DNA of 64,000 nt from Syntrophales bacterium (lineage in GTDB: Bacteria > Desulfobacterota > Syntrophia > Syntrophales > PHBD01): NCBI GenBank assembly GCA_963668175.1, contig OY764159.1:2976001-3040000 (forward strand). The letters are read 5' to 3'. The position numbers were made by a program, and so were the translations under genes. Shown piece by piece: positions 42,323-52,902 of this stretch. Numbering within the stretch: the first letter of the stretch is position 1; each line of letters opens with the position of its first letter. The notes below the pieces were generated by a model. The model saw only the letters and a program-made list of their open reading frames with translations. It had not been told where the DNA came from and ran no database searches.

Positions 42323-43537
42323 ATGGAGAGGGCCTTGCGGGGAATCCGCGTCGTCGACCTGAGTCACGTCCTGGCGGCGCCCACGACGACCATGATCCTG
42401 GCGGACCTGGGGGCCGAGGTCATCCACGTGGAGCCGCCCCACGGGGACGACGCCCGGACATTCGGGCCTTTCGTCGGCGTGCCGGACAAGAACCGCAGCG
42501 GCTACTTCATCAGCCTCAACCGCAACAAGAAGAGCATGGTCCTCGATCTTCGCAAGGAGAAAGGCCGGGAGATCCTCAAGAGCCTGATCGCCGTGTCCGA
42601 CGTCCTGGTCGAAAACTACCGTCCCACGACGATGAGAAAGCTCGGCTTCGGCTGGGATGTCATTCAGGAGATCAATCCGAGGATCGTCTATGCCTCGATC
42701 TCCGGCTTCGGGCAGGATACCCTCCCCGGATACGACGACCGGCCTTCCTATGATATGGTCGCCCAGGCCTACAGCGGCATCATGAGCATCACCGGCCCGG
42801 AGGACGGCCCCCCGTGCCGTGTGGGCTCCTCCGTGGGGGACATCGTCGCCGGCCACCAGGCCGCCATCGGCATCCTCGCCGCTCTTTTGCACCGGGAAAG
42901 AACGGGACGGGGGCAGCATTACGACGGCTCGATGATCGACGGACTCTTTTCCATTCTGGAAAACGCCGTCGTCCGTCATACGGTCAGCGGCGAAGTGCCG
43001 CAGCCGCTGGGCAGCAGACATCCCTCCATCGCCCCTTTCCAGGGATTTGCAACCAAGGATTCGTGGATCATCGTCGCCATCGGCAACGATACCCTCTGGT
43101 CGGGATTCTGCCGCGCCCTCGGCCGGGACGACCTGGCGGCGGACGAACGGTTCCGGACCAATCTCCTCCGGGTCCGGAACATCGACCTGTTGGAGCCCGC
43201 CCTCGCGGAGGAATTCCGGAAGAAGACCACCCGGGAATGGGCGGATATCTTCGACCGGACCGCCCTCCCCTATTCGCCTATCAACAGCATCGCCGATATC
43301 TGCGCCGATCCCCATATCGGCCACCGCCGCATGCTCGTGGATATCGAACAGCCGGGCGTGGGACCGATGCGGATCGTCGGCTCTTCCCTGCATCTTTCCG
43401 AAACGCCGGGGGCGGTTTACGGCCCGGCTCCGCTGCTCGGCCAGCATTCGGAACAAATCCTCCGGGACCTCCTCGGTCGTTCTCCGGCGGACATCGAGGC
43501 CTTGAAACGCGACGGCGTCATCAACACCGTCGTCTGA
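42323..43537 (+). CDS. CaiB/BaiF family III CoA-transferase
   Basis: GIRVVDLSHVLAAP, LADLGAEVI, NRNKKS, ENYRP, GDIVAG, APLLGQH. Confidence 0.93.
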   Translation: MERALRGIRVVDLSHVLAAPTTTMILADLGAEVIHVEPPHGDDARTFGPFVGVPDKNRSGYFISLNRNKKSMVLDLRKEKGREILKSLIAVSDVLVENYRPTTMRKLGFGWDVIQEINPRIVYASISGFGQDTLPGYDDRPSYDMVAQAYSGIMSITGPEDGPPCRVGSSVGDIVAGHQAAIGILAALLHRERTGRGQHYDGSMIDGLFSILENAVVRHTVSGEVPQPLGSRHPSIAPFQGFATKDSWIIVAIGNDTLWSGFCRALGRDDLAADERFRTNLLRVRNIDLLEPALAEEFRKKTTREWADIFDRTALPYSPINSIADICADPHIGHRRMLVDIEQPGVGPMRIVGSSLHLSETPGAVYGPAPLLGQHSEQILRDLLGRSPADIEALKRDGVINTVV

Positions 43538-43677
43538 TCCCGCTGCGGACTCCAATCGCCGCCGTCCGCCTTGAAATTACCGTTGACTCGCCGGACCGAT
43601 CTCTCTATAGTAACACCGGGATCGGTGGAAGATTCACCGGCCGTATTTTCCCTTCCTGCACAACGGAGGGCATATCG

Positions 43678-45093
43678 ATGAAGCGATCTTTTCCTGCCGC
43701 TTCGGCGGTCTTCGTCTTTCTTTGCAGCGTGACGTTTTCACTTGCGGCCATGAAAACATTTGTCCGCGAGTATACGTACGAGGCCGGGGAGGTTGACAGC
43801 AAGGCCACCTGCCGGACTATCGCCTTGGAGCAGGTCAAGCGGCAGATCCTGGAAGAACTGGGCACCTACGTGGAATCGACGACCGTCGTCAAGGACATGC
43901 AGGTGAACCGGGACGATATCAGGACCATGACGGCCGGTGTCGTCCAGACGACGGTGCTGGACGAGACATGGGACGGGCGGGCGTACTGGCTCAAGGCCCA
44001 GGTAAAGGCCGACCCCGACGATGTCGCCGCCTCCATCGACAAAATGCGCAAAGACGATCAGCTGATGAAGGACCTCGAACAGTCGCGCCTGGAGACCGCC
44101 CTCGCCCTGGATGAAATCCAACAGCTCAAGGACAAGCTCGCGAAGACCGAAGGGGACAACAAACAGGTCCAGGAGCAGTATACGGAAGCCGTCAACCAGA
44201 TCGCCGCGGCGAATCTGTTCGAGCAGGGCACGGCCTACTCCCAGGCCGGCAATTACGATGCCGCCGCCCGTTCCTTCAATCAGGCCGTCATCCTCCGGCC
44301 GCAGGACCCCAAGATCTACATGAACCGCAGCATCGCCTATATCCAGACGGGGAATTACGAGTATGCGGCCCGCGATCTGGACAGGGCCGCATCGCTGAAC
44401 GCAGCCGGTGCGGGCGTCTATATCAGCCGTGCCGCGGCCTATAAACAGGCATACGAGGCGCGCAGGCCCGCGTCAGCGGGACGGGCGACGCCGCAAACCA
44501 GACCCGGTTACGATCTTCGCGGCGGGAGCGATCCCCTGCAACGGATCATCGACGCCAGGCGGTCCCGGCTGAACGCCGAAAAGAGATCACCATCGCCTCC
44601 GCCGGAATTGCGGCGCAGCGAACAGGTCCCTTCGCCCGGCACGGCTGCGCGTTTCCGTCAGCCCCATCTCCCGGAATCGCCGGACGCGAAACGTCAGACG
44701 AGTCGCGAACAGCTGCGGAAAGAGAGGGAGGAGGCCAGGAAGTCGCGGCTTCAGGACCTCAACAAGAAGCGAGAAGATGAACGCGCCGACCGGAGAAGAG
44801 AAATGAAAAGACCGGAGCGCATGAAGGCGGAACAGCCGAAAATGGACGCATCCGGAAAGGAACAGCGCGGGAAGGAACCGACGAGGCCGGAGCGGCCAAA
44901 GATCGACAAATCCGGAAAGGAACGCCCGCAAAAGGACGCGGCCAAAACCGAGCGGCCAAAGATCGACAAGTCCGGCAAGGAACATCTGCAAAGAGACACG
45001 ACCAAACCCGAGCGGCCCAAAATCGATCGCGACACAGACCGGAAAGACAAGCCGGACAGGACGGAACGCAAAAGCCGCGATCAGGAGCGGTAG
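43678..45093 (+). CDS. Exported TPR protein with charged repetitive C-terminal tail
   Basis: Signal peptide, coiled coil, TPRs (FEQGTAYSQAGNY, YMNRSIAY), 20-aa repeats; GGAGG RBS. Confidence 0.8.
   Translation: MKRSFPAASAVFVFLCSVTFSLAAMKTFVREYTYEAGEVDSKATCRTIALEQVKRQILEELGTYVESTTVVKDMQVNRDDIRTMTAGVVQTTVLDETWDGRAYWLKAQVKADPDDVAASIDKMRKDDQLMKDLEQSRLETALALDEIQQLKDKLAKTEGDNKQVQEQYTEAVNQIAAANLFEQGTAYSQAGNYDAAARSFNQAVILRPQDPKIYMNRSIAYIQTGNYEYAARDLDRAASLNAAGAGVYISRAAAYKQAYEARRPASAGRATPQTRPGYDLRGGSDPLQRIIDARRSRLNAEKRSPSPPPELRRSEQVPSPGTAARFRQPHLPESPDAKRQTSREQLRKEREEARKSRLQDLNKKREDERADRRREMKRPERMKAEQPKMDASGKEQRGKEPTRPERPKIDKSGKERPQKDAAKTERPKIDKSGKEHLQRDTTKPERPKIDRDTDRKDKPDRTERKSRDQER
44821..45030 (+). 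repeat. 60-bp in-frame tandem repeat (about 3.5 copies)
   Basis: Period-60 alignment of gagcggccaaagatcgacaaatccggaaaggaac; encodes ERPKIDKSGKE units. Confidence 0.88.
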
Positions 45094-45104
45094 AAAGCGA
45101 AAAC

Positions 45105-45605
45105 ATGGCGGGAAGCCCTCGGGAAATCGCGATTCCGATCTACATCCTGGAGGTCCTGGCGGCCTGCCTCATCTGCTATCTCCTCTACCTGGCCTTTCCC
45201 GGTTATAAGCTTATCTGGGCGCTGATCTTTGTTCCGGTGGTCCTGTCCCCCATCCGTGACAAGTCCCGAAAGCTTGCCCTAAGCAGGATCGAGGCCAACT
45301 TCCTCGGCGCATCCGTCGGTTTTCTCCTGCTGCTCGCGGGCAAACCGGCACTTCTGTCCTTCTGTCTCGGCGCGGCGGCGACCATTCTCATCTGTCACGC
45401 CTTGTCGATCGTCGACACGGCCCGGTCGGCCCTCCTCACCCTCGTTACGGTCGCAATCCCCCAATACACGGAGCCGGGATACGTCGTAGCGGCGGAGAGA
45501 ATCCTCTTCGTCACGACCGGCTGCCTGATCGCCCTCCTCGTTGTCCTCGCAACCGACCGTCTGCTGCAATTGCGGCCGAAGCGGCGCAGGGAGGAGACGA
45601 CATGA
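45105..45605 (+). CDS. Short FUSC/aromatic-acid-exporter-like membrane protein
   Basis: WALIFVPVVLSP...RIEANFLGASVG...AAERILFVTTGCL. Confidence 0.75.
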   Translation: MAGSPREIAIPIYILEVLAACLICYLLYLAFPGYKLIWALIFVPVVLSPIRDKSRKLALSRIEANFLGASVGFLLLLAGKPALLSFCLGAAATILICHALSIVDTARSALLTLVTVAIPQYTEPGYVVAAERILFVTTGCLIALLVVLATDRLLQLRPKRRREETT

Positions 45606-46129
45606 AGGGAACGCGGAAACCGGCGGCTTCTCTGGCGGGCCATCCCGTGGCTGTCTATATCCTGGAGTTCTGGACGGCCTCCGCCGCCGCTTACGGCCTG
45701 CTCCTGCTCTACCCCCGTCACAGGCTGGTCTGGGCGATGACCTCGATCGCCCTGGTCCTTTCCGTAAAAAGCTCGGAGTCGAAGAAATCGATTTACGGCC
45801 GGATCAAGGCCAATGTGCTCGGCGCCGCAGTCGGAGGGATACTGATGCTCGTCCCGCTGCCGGATTTCGTCCTGTTCTGCGCGGGCGTATGCTGCACCGT
45901 TTTTTGCTGCAAATACCTCGGCATCTATTCCGTAGTCCGCACGGCGCTGGTGGCCCTGGTCATCGTCATGATCCCCGCTTACGAGGAGGGACGCACGATT
46001 GCCGCCGTCGAGCGCGTGTCCTGCGTTGCGATCGGCTGCCTTATCGCTTTCGCCGTTACATGGCTCTTCGATTGTATCCTGGGGAAAATAGAGGCGCCGG
46101 AAGAAAAACCTTCGGCCGGCGGAGCTTGA
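45602..46129 (+). CDS. Short FUSC/aromatic-acid-exporter-like membrane protein (paralog)
   Basis: WAMTSIALVLS...RIKANVLGAAVG...AVERVSCVAIGCL; ATGA overlap. Confidence 0.75.
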   Translation: MKGTRKPAASLAGHPVAVYILEFWTASAAAYGLLLLYPRHRLVWAMTSIALVLSVKSSESKKSIYGRIKANVLGAAVGGILMLVPLPDFVLFCAGVCCTVFCCKYLGIYSVVRTALVALVIVMIPAYEEGRTIAAVERVSCVAIGCLIAFAVTWLFDCILGKIEAPEEKPSAGGA

Positions 46130-46150
46130 CCGGCGGCAGCGGCGCCGTTT

Positions 46151-48976
46151 TCAGGCCCGGAACGGTTTGTCGAGTTCGTTCCTTACGGCCTGGCCCAGCC
46201 GTTCCATGATGTACGGCTTGCGGACATAGGTGCCGACGCCGAGCAACCGGACCTCGTCCACCCGGTCCATCTCGGCGAAGCCGCTGACGATGATCGCCTT
46301 CTGTCGGGGATGGATTTCCAGGATTCTCCGATAGGCTTCCATCCCGTCGATGCCGGGGTCCATGATCATGTCCAGGACGATCAGGTCCACTTGATTGAGC
46401 ATCATGTAAGCTACCGCCTCTTCGCCGCTCGATACGGACGTCACCCGGTAGTTCAGCTTGGAGAGCATCCGCACGGCCAGGTCCCGCTGCCCTTTCACAT
46501 CGTCCACGACCAGGACGGTCTCCCCGTTGCCCATGTATTCCGATACCGGCACCGCGGCGTCCTGTTCCGTCAGGGGCTCCGAAGTCACCGGGAAGTAGAG
46601 GGTCAGGGTCGTCCCGCAGCCGAGCTTGCTTTCCACGTCGATGTATCCGTTATGGTCCTTGACCGTTCCCCAGACCACGGACAGTCCCAGGCCCGTGCCG
46701 CTCCGGCCCATGACCTTTTTCGTATAGAATGGCTCGAATATCCGCTTCAGGTCCGCCGCAGGAATCCCGACCCCCGTGTCCGATACGGACAGGACGACGT
46801 AATCTCCCTCCCGGACATGGTCGTATCCCTGGATGGGTTTGTCCAGGTAGCGGTTCCCCGTGCGGACGGTGAGGAGACCCCCGTCCGGCATGGCCTCCAT
46901 GGCGTTGGAGAACAGGTTCATAACGGTCTTCGCCAGATGGACGGGAGACCCCACGATGTTCGGCAGGCCGCCTTCCAGGTCGGTCGTGATCTGGACTTTC
47001 GGACACATGGAGCGGAGCTTGTAAAATTCCGGCGCCATCTGGTAGTCCATGACGATCGTATTGAGGTTGACGACCTTCCCGGTCTTGACGCCTCTCCTGG
47101 CCAGGGTCAGTAAGTCCTGGACGATCGCCGACGCCCTTTCGCCGCCTCTCATGATGTTTTCGGCATGCTCCCGGAAAGGATGAGATTCGTTCGTCTCGGA
47201 CATGAGCATCTCCGCATAGCCGACGACGACGCCGAGGACGTTGTTGAGATCGTGGGCGACTCCGCCGGCCAGCGTGCCCAGGGCTTCCATCTTCTCCGCC
47301 CGCTGCAGACGCTCCTCCAGGATCGCGCGGTCCAGTTCGGAGTCCTTGCGTTCCGTGATGTCCCGAAGGACGCCGTCGCTTTTCAGATACTGTCCCCCTT
47401 CATCGAATGCGGCGCGATTGTTCAGTTCGAACCAGTAGGATGTGCCGTCCTTCGCCAGGCCTTTGAATTGCAGGCCGCGGACAAATTCCCGCCGCTCTTC
47501 AATCGCGGCCCGATACGTGACGGCGAGGCGGTCGATATCCTCCGGATGGATGAACTCCCGGAAGTGGCGGCCCACAACGTCCCGGTTTTCGTAACCGTAG
47601 CGGTGCAGAACGTCTTCGCTCACCGTCGTGATGTTTCCTTCGGAGTCCAGCGAATAGATGAGATCGGGAATGTTGTTGGTCAGGGTCCTGTATTTTTCTT
47701 CGCTGGCCTTGAGGGCGTTTTCGGCCTGTTTGCGCTCCGTGATGTCCCTCGTGATTCCCAGGATGCCGACGGGGTTCCCGGCCGTATCCCGGATGAACGT
47801 CATCTTGATGTCGGCGCGGACGATTTTTCCCGCCCGGCTTATGTGCTCGATCTCGACGGTCCGCGTGCGGTCGATATCGCGGTCCGGCCTCTTTTCCGCT
47901 TCCATCTCTTCGGCAAAGACCTGCAGGCAATAATCCAGCGAGGAGGGCATCATGATGACCCGAAGGGGCAGCTTCACGAATTCATCGGGTTCGTATCCGA
48001 GGATTTGCCGCACGTAGGGGCTGATGTATGTGAAGTTCAGGTCCATGTCCATCAACCAGATGGCGTCCCGGAGATTTTCGGTCATCAGCCGGAATCGTTC
48101 CTCGCTCACCCGCAGGGCCTCCGCCGCCCGTTTCTGATCGGTGATATCGCGGGCGATAAAGAGGACGCCGGAAGGCTTCCCTCGATCCATGAGAAGGGAC
48201 GAGCGGATGTCCATCAGGAACACGGACCCGTCGTGCGGCGATACGACCCGCCACTCGTACGAGAGCGTATCGGCAAGGCCGTGGCGGCGCGCTTCCAGCA
48301 TGGTCAGATGGGCGGGAACGGTTTCCGGCGATAACAAGTCCTTCATCGCCATGCCGGTCACGTCCCTACCTCCGCATAGCTCGGCACATGCCCTGTTGAC
48401 GTACGTCACGATGCCGTCCAGGTTGATCGTAATGATAATGTCGTGGGCCGTTTCGGCGAGGTTCCGGTACATGTCCTCCGACCGGCGCACCGCTTCTTCC
48501 GCCAGTTTTCTTTCCGTGATATCCCTGACGTAGCCAAGGGAGGCGGACTGCCCCTGGTAGGAGATCAGCGACGACGATATCTCGACGTTGAGGATTCTTC
48601 CGTCCTTGCGGACGACCCGGCATTCGTATTGCCGGTTGACGGGTTCGCCCCGCTGCCTCTTCCGGGCATAATCCCTCACCATTTCCGCGTCATCGGGGTG
48701 TACCCCGGCAAAAGCCGGCCGGGACGCCAGATCCTCATGGTCGTCGTAACCCAGCAACTCCATGTATTGTTGATTGAAATAGAGACACTGCTCGCCCCGC
48801 AAAATCACGACGCCGTCGTTGGCATGCTCGATGGCGAAACGATAGTAGTCGTCCTTGTCCCCGGGATGAGCCGATACCGTCCGAGCCGCCGAAGATTCCT
48901 TTTCCAGCACATCGATACGCCGATGCAGCGCGGCGATCTCTTCCCGAAGGCGTTCGTTGGTTTTATCTTCTTCCAT
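46151..48976 (-). CDS. Multi-PAS hybrid histidine kinase
   Basis: Four PAS, GVAHDLNN, NLFSNA, EPFYTKK...GTGLGL, receiver. Confidence 0.93.
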   Translation of the reverse strand: MEEDKTNERLREEIAALHRRIDVLEKESSAARTVSAHPGDKDDYYRFAIEHANDGVVILRGEQCLYFNQQYMELLGYDDHEDLASRPAFAGVHPDDAEMVRDYARKRQRGEPVNRQYECRVVRKDGRILNVEISSSLISYQGQSASLGYVRDITERKLAEEAVRRSEDMYRNLAETAHDIIITINLDGIVTYVNRACAELCGGRDVTGMAMKDLLSPETVPAHLTMLEARRHGLADTLSYEWRVVSPHDGSVFLMDIRSSLLMDRGKPSGVLFIARDITDQKRAAEALRVSEERFRLMTENLRDAIWLMDMDLNFTYISPYVRQILGYEPDEFVKLPLRVIMMPSSLDYCLQVFAEEMEAEKRPDRDIDRTRTVEIEHISRAGKIVRADIKMTFIRDTAGNPVGILGITRDITERKQAENALKASEEKYRTLTNNIPDLIYSLDSEGNITTVSEDVLHRYGYENRDVVGRHFREFIHPEDIDRLAVTYRAAIEERREFVRGLQFKGLAKDGTSYWFELNNRAAFDEGGQYLKSDGVLRDITERKDSELDRAILEERLQRAEKMEALGTLAGGVAHDLNNVLGVVVGYAEMLMSETNESHPFREHAENIMRGGERASAIVQDLLTLARRGVKTGKVVNLNTIVMDYQMAPEFYKLRSMCPKVQITTDLEGGLPNIVGSPVHLAKTVMNLFSNAMEAMPDGGLLTVRTGNRYLDKPIQGYDHVREGDYVVLSVSDTGVGIPAADLKRIFEPFYTKKVMGRSGTGLGLSVVWGTVKDHNGYIDVESKLGCGTTLTLYFPVTSEPLTEQDAAVPVSEYMGNGETVLVVDDVKGQRDLAVRMLSKLNYRVTSVSSGEEAVAYMMLNQVDLIVLDMIMDPGIDGMEAYRRILEIHPRQKAIIVSGFAEMDRVDEVRLLGVGTYVRKPYIMERLGQAVRNELDKPFRA

Positions 48977-49163
48977 GAAGGCCAGCAACTCCCGATGATA
49001 TCGTCGGTTGTAGAGCCGATCCCGAGCACATATCAGTCCTTGCAGCAAATGAGGGCGAGGATTTCCGGGAAAGGCTGACAAGCCGGATGTTTCCCGGTCC
49101 AACCGGCAATGTGCGGCAATATTTGATTGATGTTGATTTATTGTACCAGAACTATTTCAGATT

Positions 49164-52100
49164 TCAAGACTTGAAAATGTCTCTCGCCGGGGCGGCATCT
49201 CTCTTTACATCCGGATCGGGTCTTCTGTCCAGGAGCCTGCGGACGGCTTCCGCGAGTTGATGCCTCCGGACCGGCTTCGGCAGAAATTGCGTTATGCCGG
49301 AAATATACTGCTGTTCCATGTCTTCTTTTTCCTGGAATCCCGAACACAGGATGATCGGGATATCCGCACGTATCCCCCTGATCTTCCGCGCTACGTCGAA
49401 TCCCGTCATGCGGGGCATCGTTTTATCCGTAATGACCATGTCGAATGCGTCTTTGTCCCGCTCGAATATCTCTACCGCCTTCAGTGGATCCGTTTCCGCA
49501 ACGACACTGTAGCCAAGCGTTTCCAGCAGCTCCCTGCCCATATCCGCCAGGATCGCCTCGTCGTCGATAAAGAGAATCCGTTCGTTTCCCAGCGGGGGGC
49601 CCGCTTCGTCAGGAAGATCTCCGGAACCGGTACCCTCACCGGCCTGCTTCAGATATACGTGGAAGACGCTGCCCTTGTCGGGTTCGCTGTAGACCTTGAT
49701 CATGCCTCCATGATCCTGGACGATGCCCATGGCCACGGCGAGGCCCAGTCCCGTTCCTTCCCCTGTTTTCCTTGTCGTGAAGTAAGGTTCGAATATCTTC
49801 TCCATATCCTCCTGCCCGATGCCGCAGCCCGTGTCGCGGACGAACATATCGAGATAGCGGCCGGGGACCAGGGAGGGGTAAGCAGCCTTATTCTCTTCGC
49901 CGACGACGGTATCGGCGAGCCCCAACTCCAGGATGCCGCCGCTGTGCGTCATGGCGTAACCGGCATTCGTACAGAGGTTCATCAGCACCTGGTGGATTTT
50001 CGTCGGGTCGGCGATGGTCAGATCCGAAGCCGTGTTTATATTCAGCCTGATATCGATGGTCGTCGGCAGGGACGCCCTCATGAACTTGGCGACCTCCTTC
50101 ACCATGGGGACAAGCATCGTCGGCGTCTTTTCCTGTTCGGTCTGGCGGCTGAACAGAAGGATCTGTTTGACCAGGTCCTTCGCCCGGACGGCTGCCTTGA
50201 CGACCTGCTCCATGCTGTGGAAGACCTTCGGCCGGTCGCGGACCATCTCCTTGTAGAGTTCGGAATAGCCCATGATGGCGCTCAGAATATTGTTGAAGTC
50301 GTGGGCGATCCCGCCCGCAAGACGGCCGATGGATTCCATCTTCTGCGCCCGAAAGAGATGGGCCTGGAGCTTCTCCCGCTCTTCCCCGGCCCTCACCCGC
50401 TCCGTGATGTCCTGCGCGGTCTGGATGGCGCCGATGATCTCTCCCTGCTCGTTGTAGAGACGGGCCGCCCTGATAAACTGGGTCCTTTCTTCTCCGTTGA
50501 GCCATATCGTGTCGATGCTCTCAAAGGCGCTCGCCAGAAGATCGCTCTTCCTGATCCCTTTGTCGCTGCATGTCTCCACGATCTCGTCGTCGCTCATCAC
50601 CAGAATCAGTTCGGCCATGGTCCTGGGCTTCCGCCCCTGATTAAGAAAACTGAGATCAAGTGGCTTGCCCAGAACCTCTTCCTTCGCCTTTCCCGTATAG
50701 ACGGCGTTGCTTTGATTCCAGTGGATGACGTTCAGGTCGCGGTCGATGACGAAAGTGGGCACGGGAATGCCGTCGAGGATGGAAACGAGCAGGGCGTGTT
50801 CGGCCGACAGGGCCACTTCCATGGAATGCCGCTCGCTGATATCCCGAATCGTTTCTATGGCGGCGATGACCTCGCCTGTGGAATCGCGCAGGACGGAGGC
50901 CGTGGCCGAAAGATGGGTCTTGCCCGCGGGAAGGTTCGGCGTAAAGGCTTCGCCGAAGAAAATATCCCCGACTTTGCGGATGGTCGTGTAGAGATTCTCC
51001 ATGTCGGGTTCGGGGTGGAGGGCGAAATCGATCAGAATGGGCCTCCTCTCCCCGTAAAAGGGTATGGCGTATTCCCGGTCGCCCTTACCGAGCATGTCTT
51101 CCGCTTTGATGCCCGTCATGGCCTCGATGGCCTTATTCCAGGCAATCACTTTGCCGTCCCGGTCGATCACCAGGGTGGCGTCGGGCAGGAAGTCGATGAT
51201 ATCGGACAGCCGCCGCTGGGATTCCCGGAGTTCCTCCTGCATCTGCCTGCGGGCCGTCGTATCCTCGCCCGTGCCCTCGTAACAGATGACCTCTCCCTTT
51301 TCGTCCCGGACGACCCTGGCGTTGATGTGGACCCAGATCGTCCCGCCGCTCCGATGTCGGAACGCGGCTTCGAACCCCCTGACGACGCCCGCTGTTTCGA
51401 GCAAATGGATGAACTGCCCGCGGTTGTCCGGATCGGCATAGAGTTGCCGTCCTATATTCGTGACATCGGCCAGCATTGCCTCCGGCGTTTCGTAGCCGAA
51501 CATCCTGGCCAGGGCCGGATTGACCTTCAGAAGTTTTCCCTCCGGCGTCGTCTGGAAGAACCCTTCGACGGCGCTGTCGAAGATGCGGCGGTATTCTTCC
51601 TCGCTCTTCCTGAGGGCCGCCTCCGCCTTGATGCGCGATTCCTGCTCAAGGAGAACGATAGCCAGCAGAAGGGTGCCCAGCGGATAGATGACGATCACCG
51701 GCAGACCGACCCGGGACAGGGTATCGTATGTGAGACCGGCGGGCAGGGTTGCGGTCAGGACCAGCATCCAGGCATGGACGACAAAGCCGAATTCAAGAAG
51801 GTGGATGGGTTTAACAAAATCGGGCCGACGGCGGCGCAGGTGATAGTAGGCGACACCGATCGCGGCCGAGGAGACGATGACGGAAACGCCCATGACGGTG
51901 CCGGGTCCCCCGAGCGATACCCGGTAGACGATGGCGATGACGGCGGCAATGGCGGCAGTGACCCAGCCGCCGATGAAACCGGCGATGCTGATGACGATCG
52001 AACGGCCGTCGAAGATAAGCCCTTTCGAAAGGACAAACGGGTTGAGCATCCCGATGACGGCCACTGCCCCGAAGAGGAGGCCGGAAACGATCATACGGGC

Positions 52101-52196
52101 GGGCGACTGGTGTTCCCAGCGGCGCGCAATGAGGCTGTAGAAGATACTTAAAGCAACGATCAGGGTGATGTTGTTGACGAAGGTCAAAGGGAACAT
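49164..52196 (-). CDS. Membrane (5TM-5TMR_LYT) PAS hybrid histidine kinase
   Basis: N-terminal TMs with GLIFDGRS, three [17 protein letters not shown], receiver. Confidence 0.92.
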   Translation of the reverse strand: MFPLTFVNNITLIVALSIFYSLIARRWEHQSPARMIVSGLLFGAVAVIGMLNPFVLSKGLIFDGRSIVISIAGFIGGWVTAAIAAVIAIVYRVSLGGPGTVMGVSVIVSSAAIGVAYYHLRRRRPDFVKPIHLLEFGFVVHAWMLVLTATLPAGLTYDTLSRVGLPVIVIYPLGTLLLAIVLLEQESRIKAEAALRKSEEEYRRIFDSAVEGFFQTTPEGKLLKVNPALARMFGYETPEAMLADVTNIGRQLYADPDNRGQFIHLLETAGVVRGFEAAFRHRSGGTIWVHINARVVRDEKGEVICYEGTGEDTTARRQMQEELRESQRRLSDIIDFLPDATLVIDRDGKVIAWNKAIEAMTGIKAEDMLGKGDREYAIPFYGERRPILIDFALHPEPDMENLYTTIRKVGDIFFGEAFTPNLPAGKTHLSATASVLRDSTGEVIAAIETIRDISERHSMEVALSAEHALLVSILDGIPVPTFVIDRDLNVIHWNQSNAVYTGKAKEEVLGKPLDLSFLNQGRKPRTMAELILVMSDDEIVETCSDKGIRKSDLLASAFESIDTIWLNGEERTQFIRAARLYNEQGEIIGAIQTAQDITERVRAGEEREKLQAHLFRAQKMESIGRLAGGIAHDFNNILSAIMGYSELYKEMVRDRPKVFHSMEQVVKAAVRAKDLVKQILLFSRQTEQEKTPTMLVPMVKEVAKFMRASLPTTIDIRLNINTASDLTIADPTKIHQVLMNLCTNAGYAMTHSGGILELGLADTVVGEENKAAYPSLVPGRYLDMFVRDTGCGIGQEDMEKIFEPYFTTRKTGEGTGLGLAVAMGIVQDHGGMIKVYSEPDKGSVFHVYLKQAGEGTGSGDLPDEAGPPLGNERILFIDDEAILADMGRELLETLGYSVVAETDPLKAVEIFERDKDAFDMVITDKTMPRMTGFDVARKIRGIRADIPIILCSGFQEKEDMEQQYISGITQFLPKPVRRHQLAEAVRRLLDRRPDPDVKRDAAPARDIFKS

Positions 52197-52340
52197 CGTG
52201 TCTCCATCATGTTCAGCCCTTTGCAGCCTTCGACGTTCAAGCGGCCGCGACATCCCGGAGTACGGACTGGTCGGATCAGGGCTTCCGGCCGGGTTTCTTC
52301 AGGATGCCCGGCGGATTCAGGGGACGGCGCGTCGATGCCG

Positions 52341-52868
52341 TCAGAGATTGAAATACCTGTTCATCAGCTCTCTCACCTGTTCCTTCTCCTTTTCGTCGCC
52401 GCCCAGTCTTTCAACGATCAGGGGCAGCCACTTGTCCCACTCGGCACCCAGGAAGTGGTCCTGGATGTCTTTATACAATTCCTCCGAAAGATCGCGATAG
52501 TTCAGGAGGCTCCACAAGGCCTCGATCTTGATCTCGTATTGCGGAGCGGTTTTCCAGAGGCCGTAGAGAAAGGCCTTGAGGTCTTCGTAATCGTGAAAAT
52601 GGCGCAGCAGCCGGATGGCAAATTGACGGAGCAGGAGGCTCTTGTCGGCGGCCGAGGCTATGTCCTTCAGGATCGCCCTGTCGCCGTCGGCGATCTCCGC
52701 CAAACAGTAATTGAAAAGGGGATAGGCGTTTAAATGGGGCAGCAACCCGTCTTCCAGGTCTTCCCCGCTTCTGAGATCCTGGATCGCTTTCCTGGCCGCG
52801 TACCGGTATAGAATTTCCTGTCTTCCCGTATCCATAACCGTCGTCTTTAACTGCGATTCGCGATGCAT
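52341..52868 (-). CDS. Hypothetical alpha-helical protein
   Basis: Co-oriented ORF between the HDOD gene and a kinase; family not recognised. Confidence 0.65.
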   Translation of the reverse strand: MHRESQLKTTVMDTGRQEILYRYAARKAIQDLRSGEDLEDGLLPHLNAYPLFNYCLAEIADGDRAILKDIASAADKSLLLRQFAIRLLRHFHDYEDLKAFLYGLWKTAPQYEIKIEALWSLLNYRDLSEELYKDIQDHFLGAEWDKWLPLIVERLGGDEKEKEQVRELMNRYFNL

Positions 52869-52902
52869 CCCCGGTGCGTCTCATCGTCCGGGCATGGTCA
52901 GG

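Noticed and set aside
49257..52151. 964-aa + strand ORF (also 18691-20862, 23011-24984, 14987-16483, 31776-33224, 41819-43555 and similar)
   Set aside because: Antisense shadows of well-supported genes, expected from GC-rich codon bias; no recognisable motifs.
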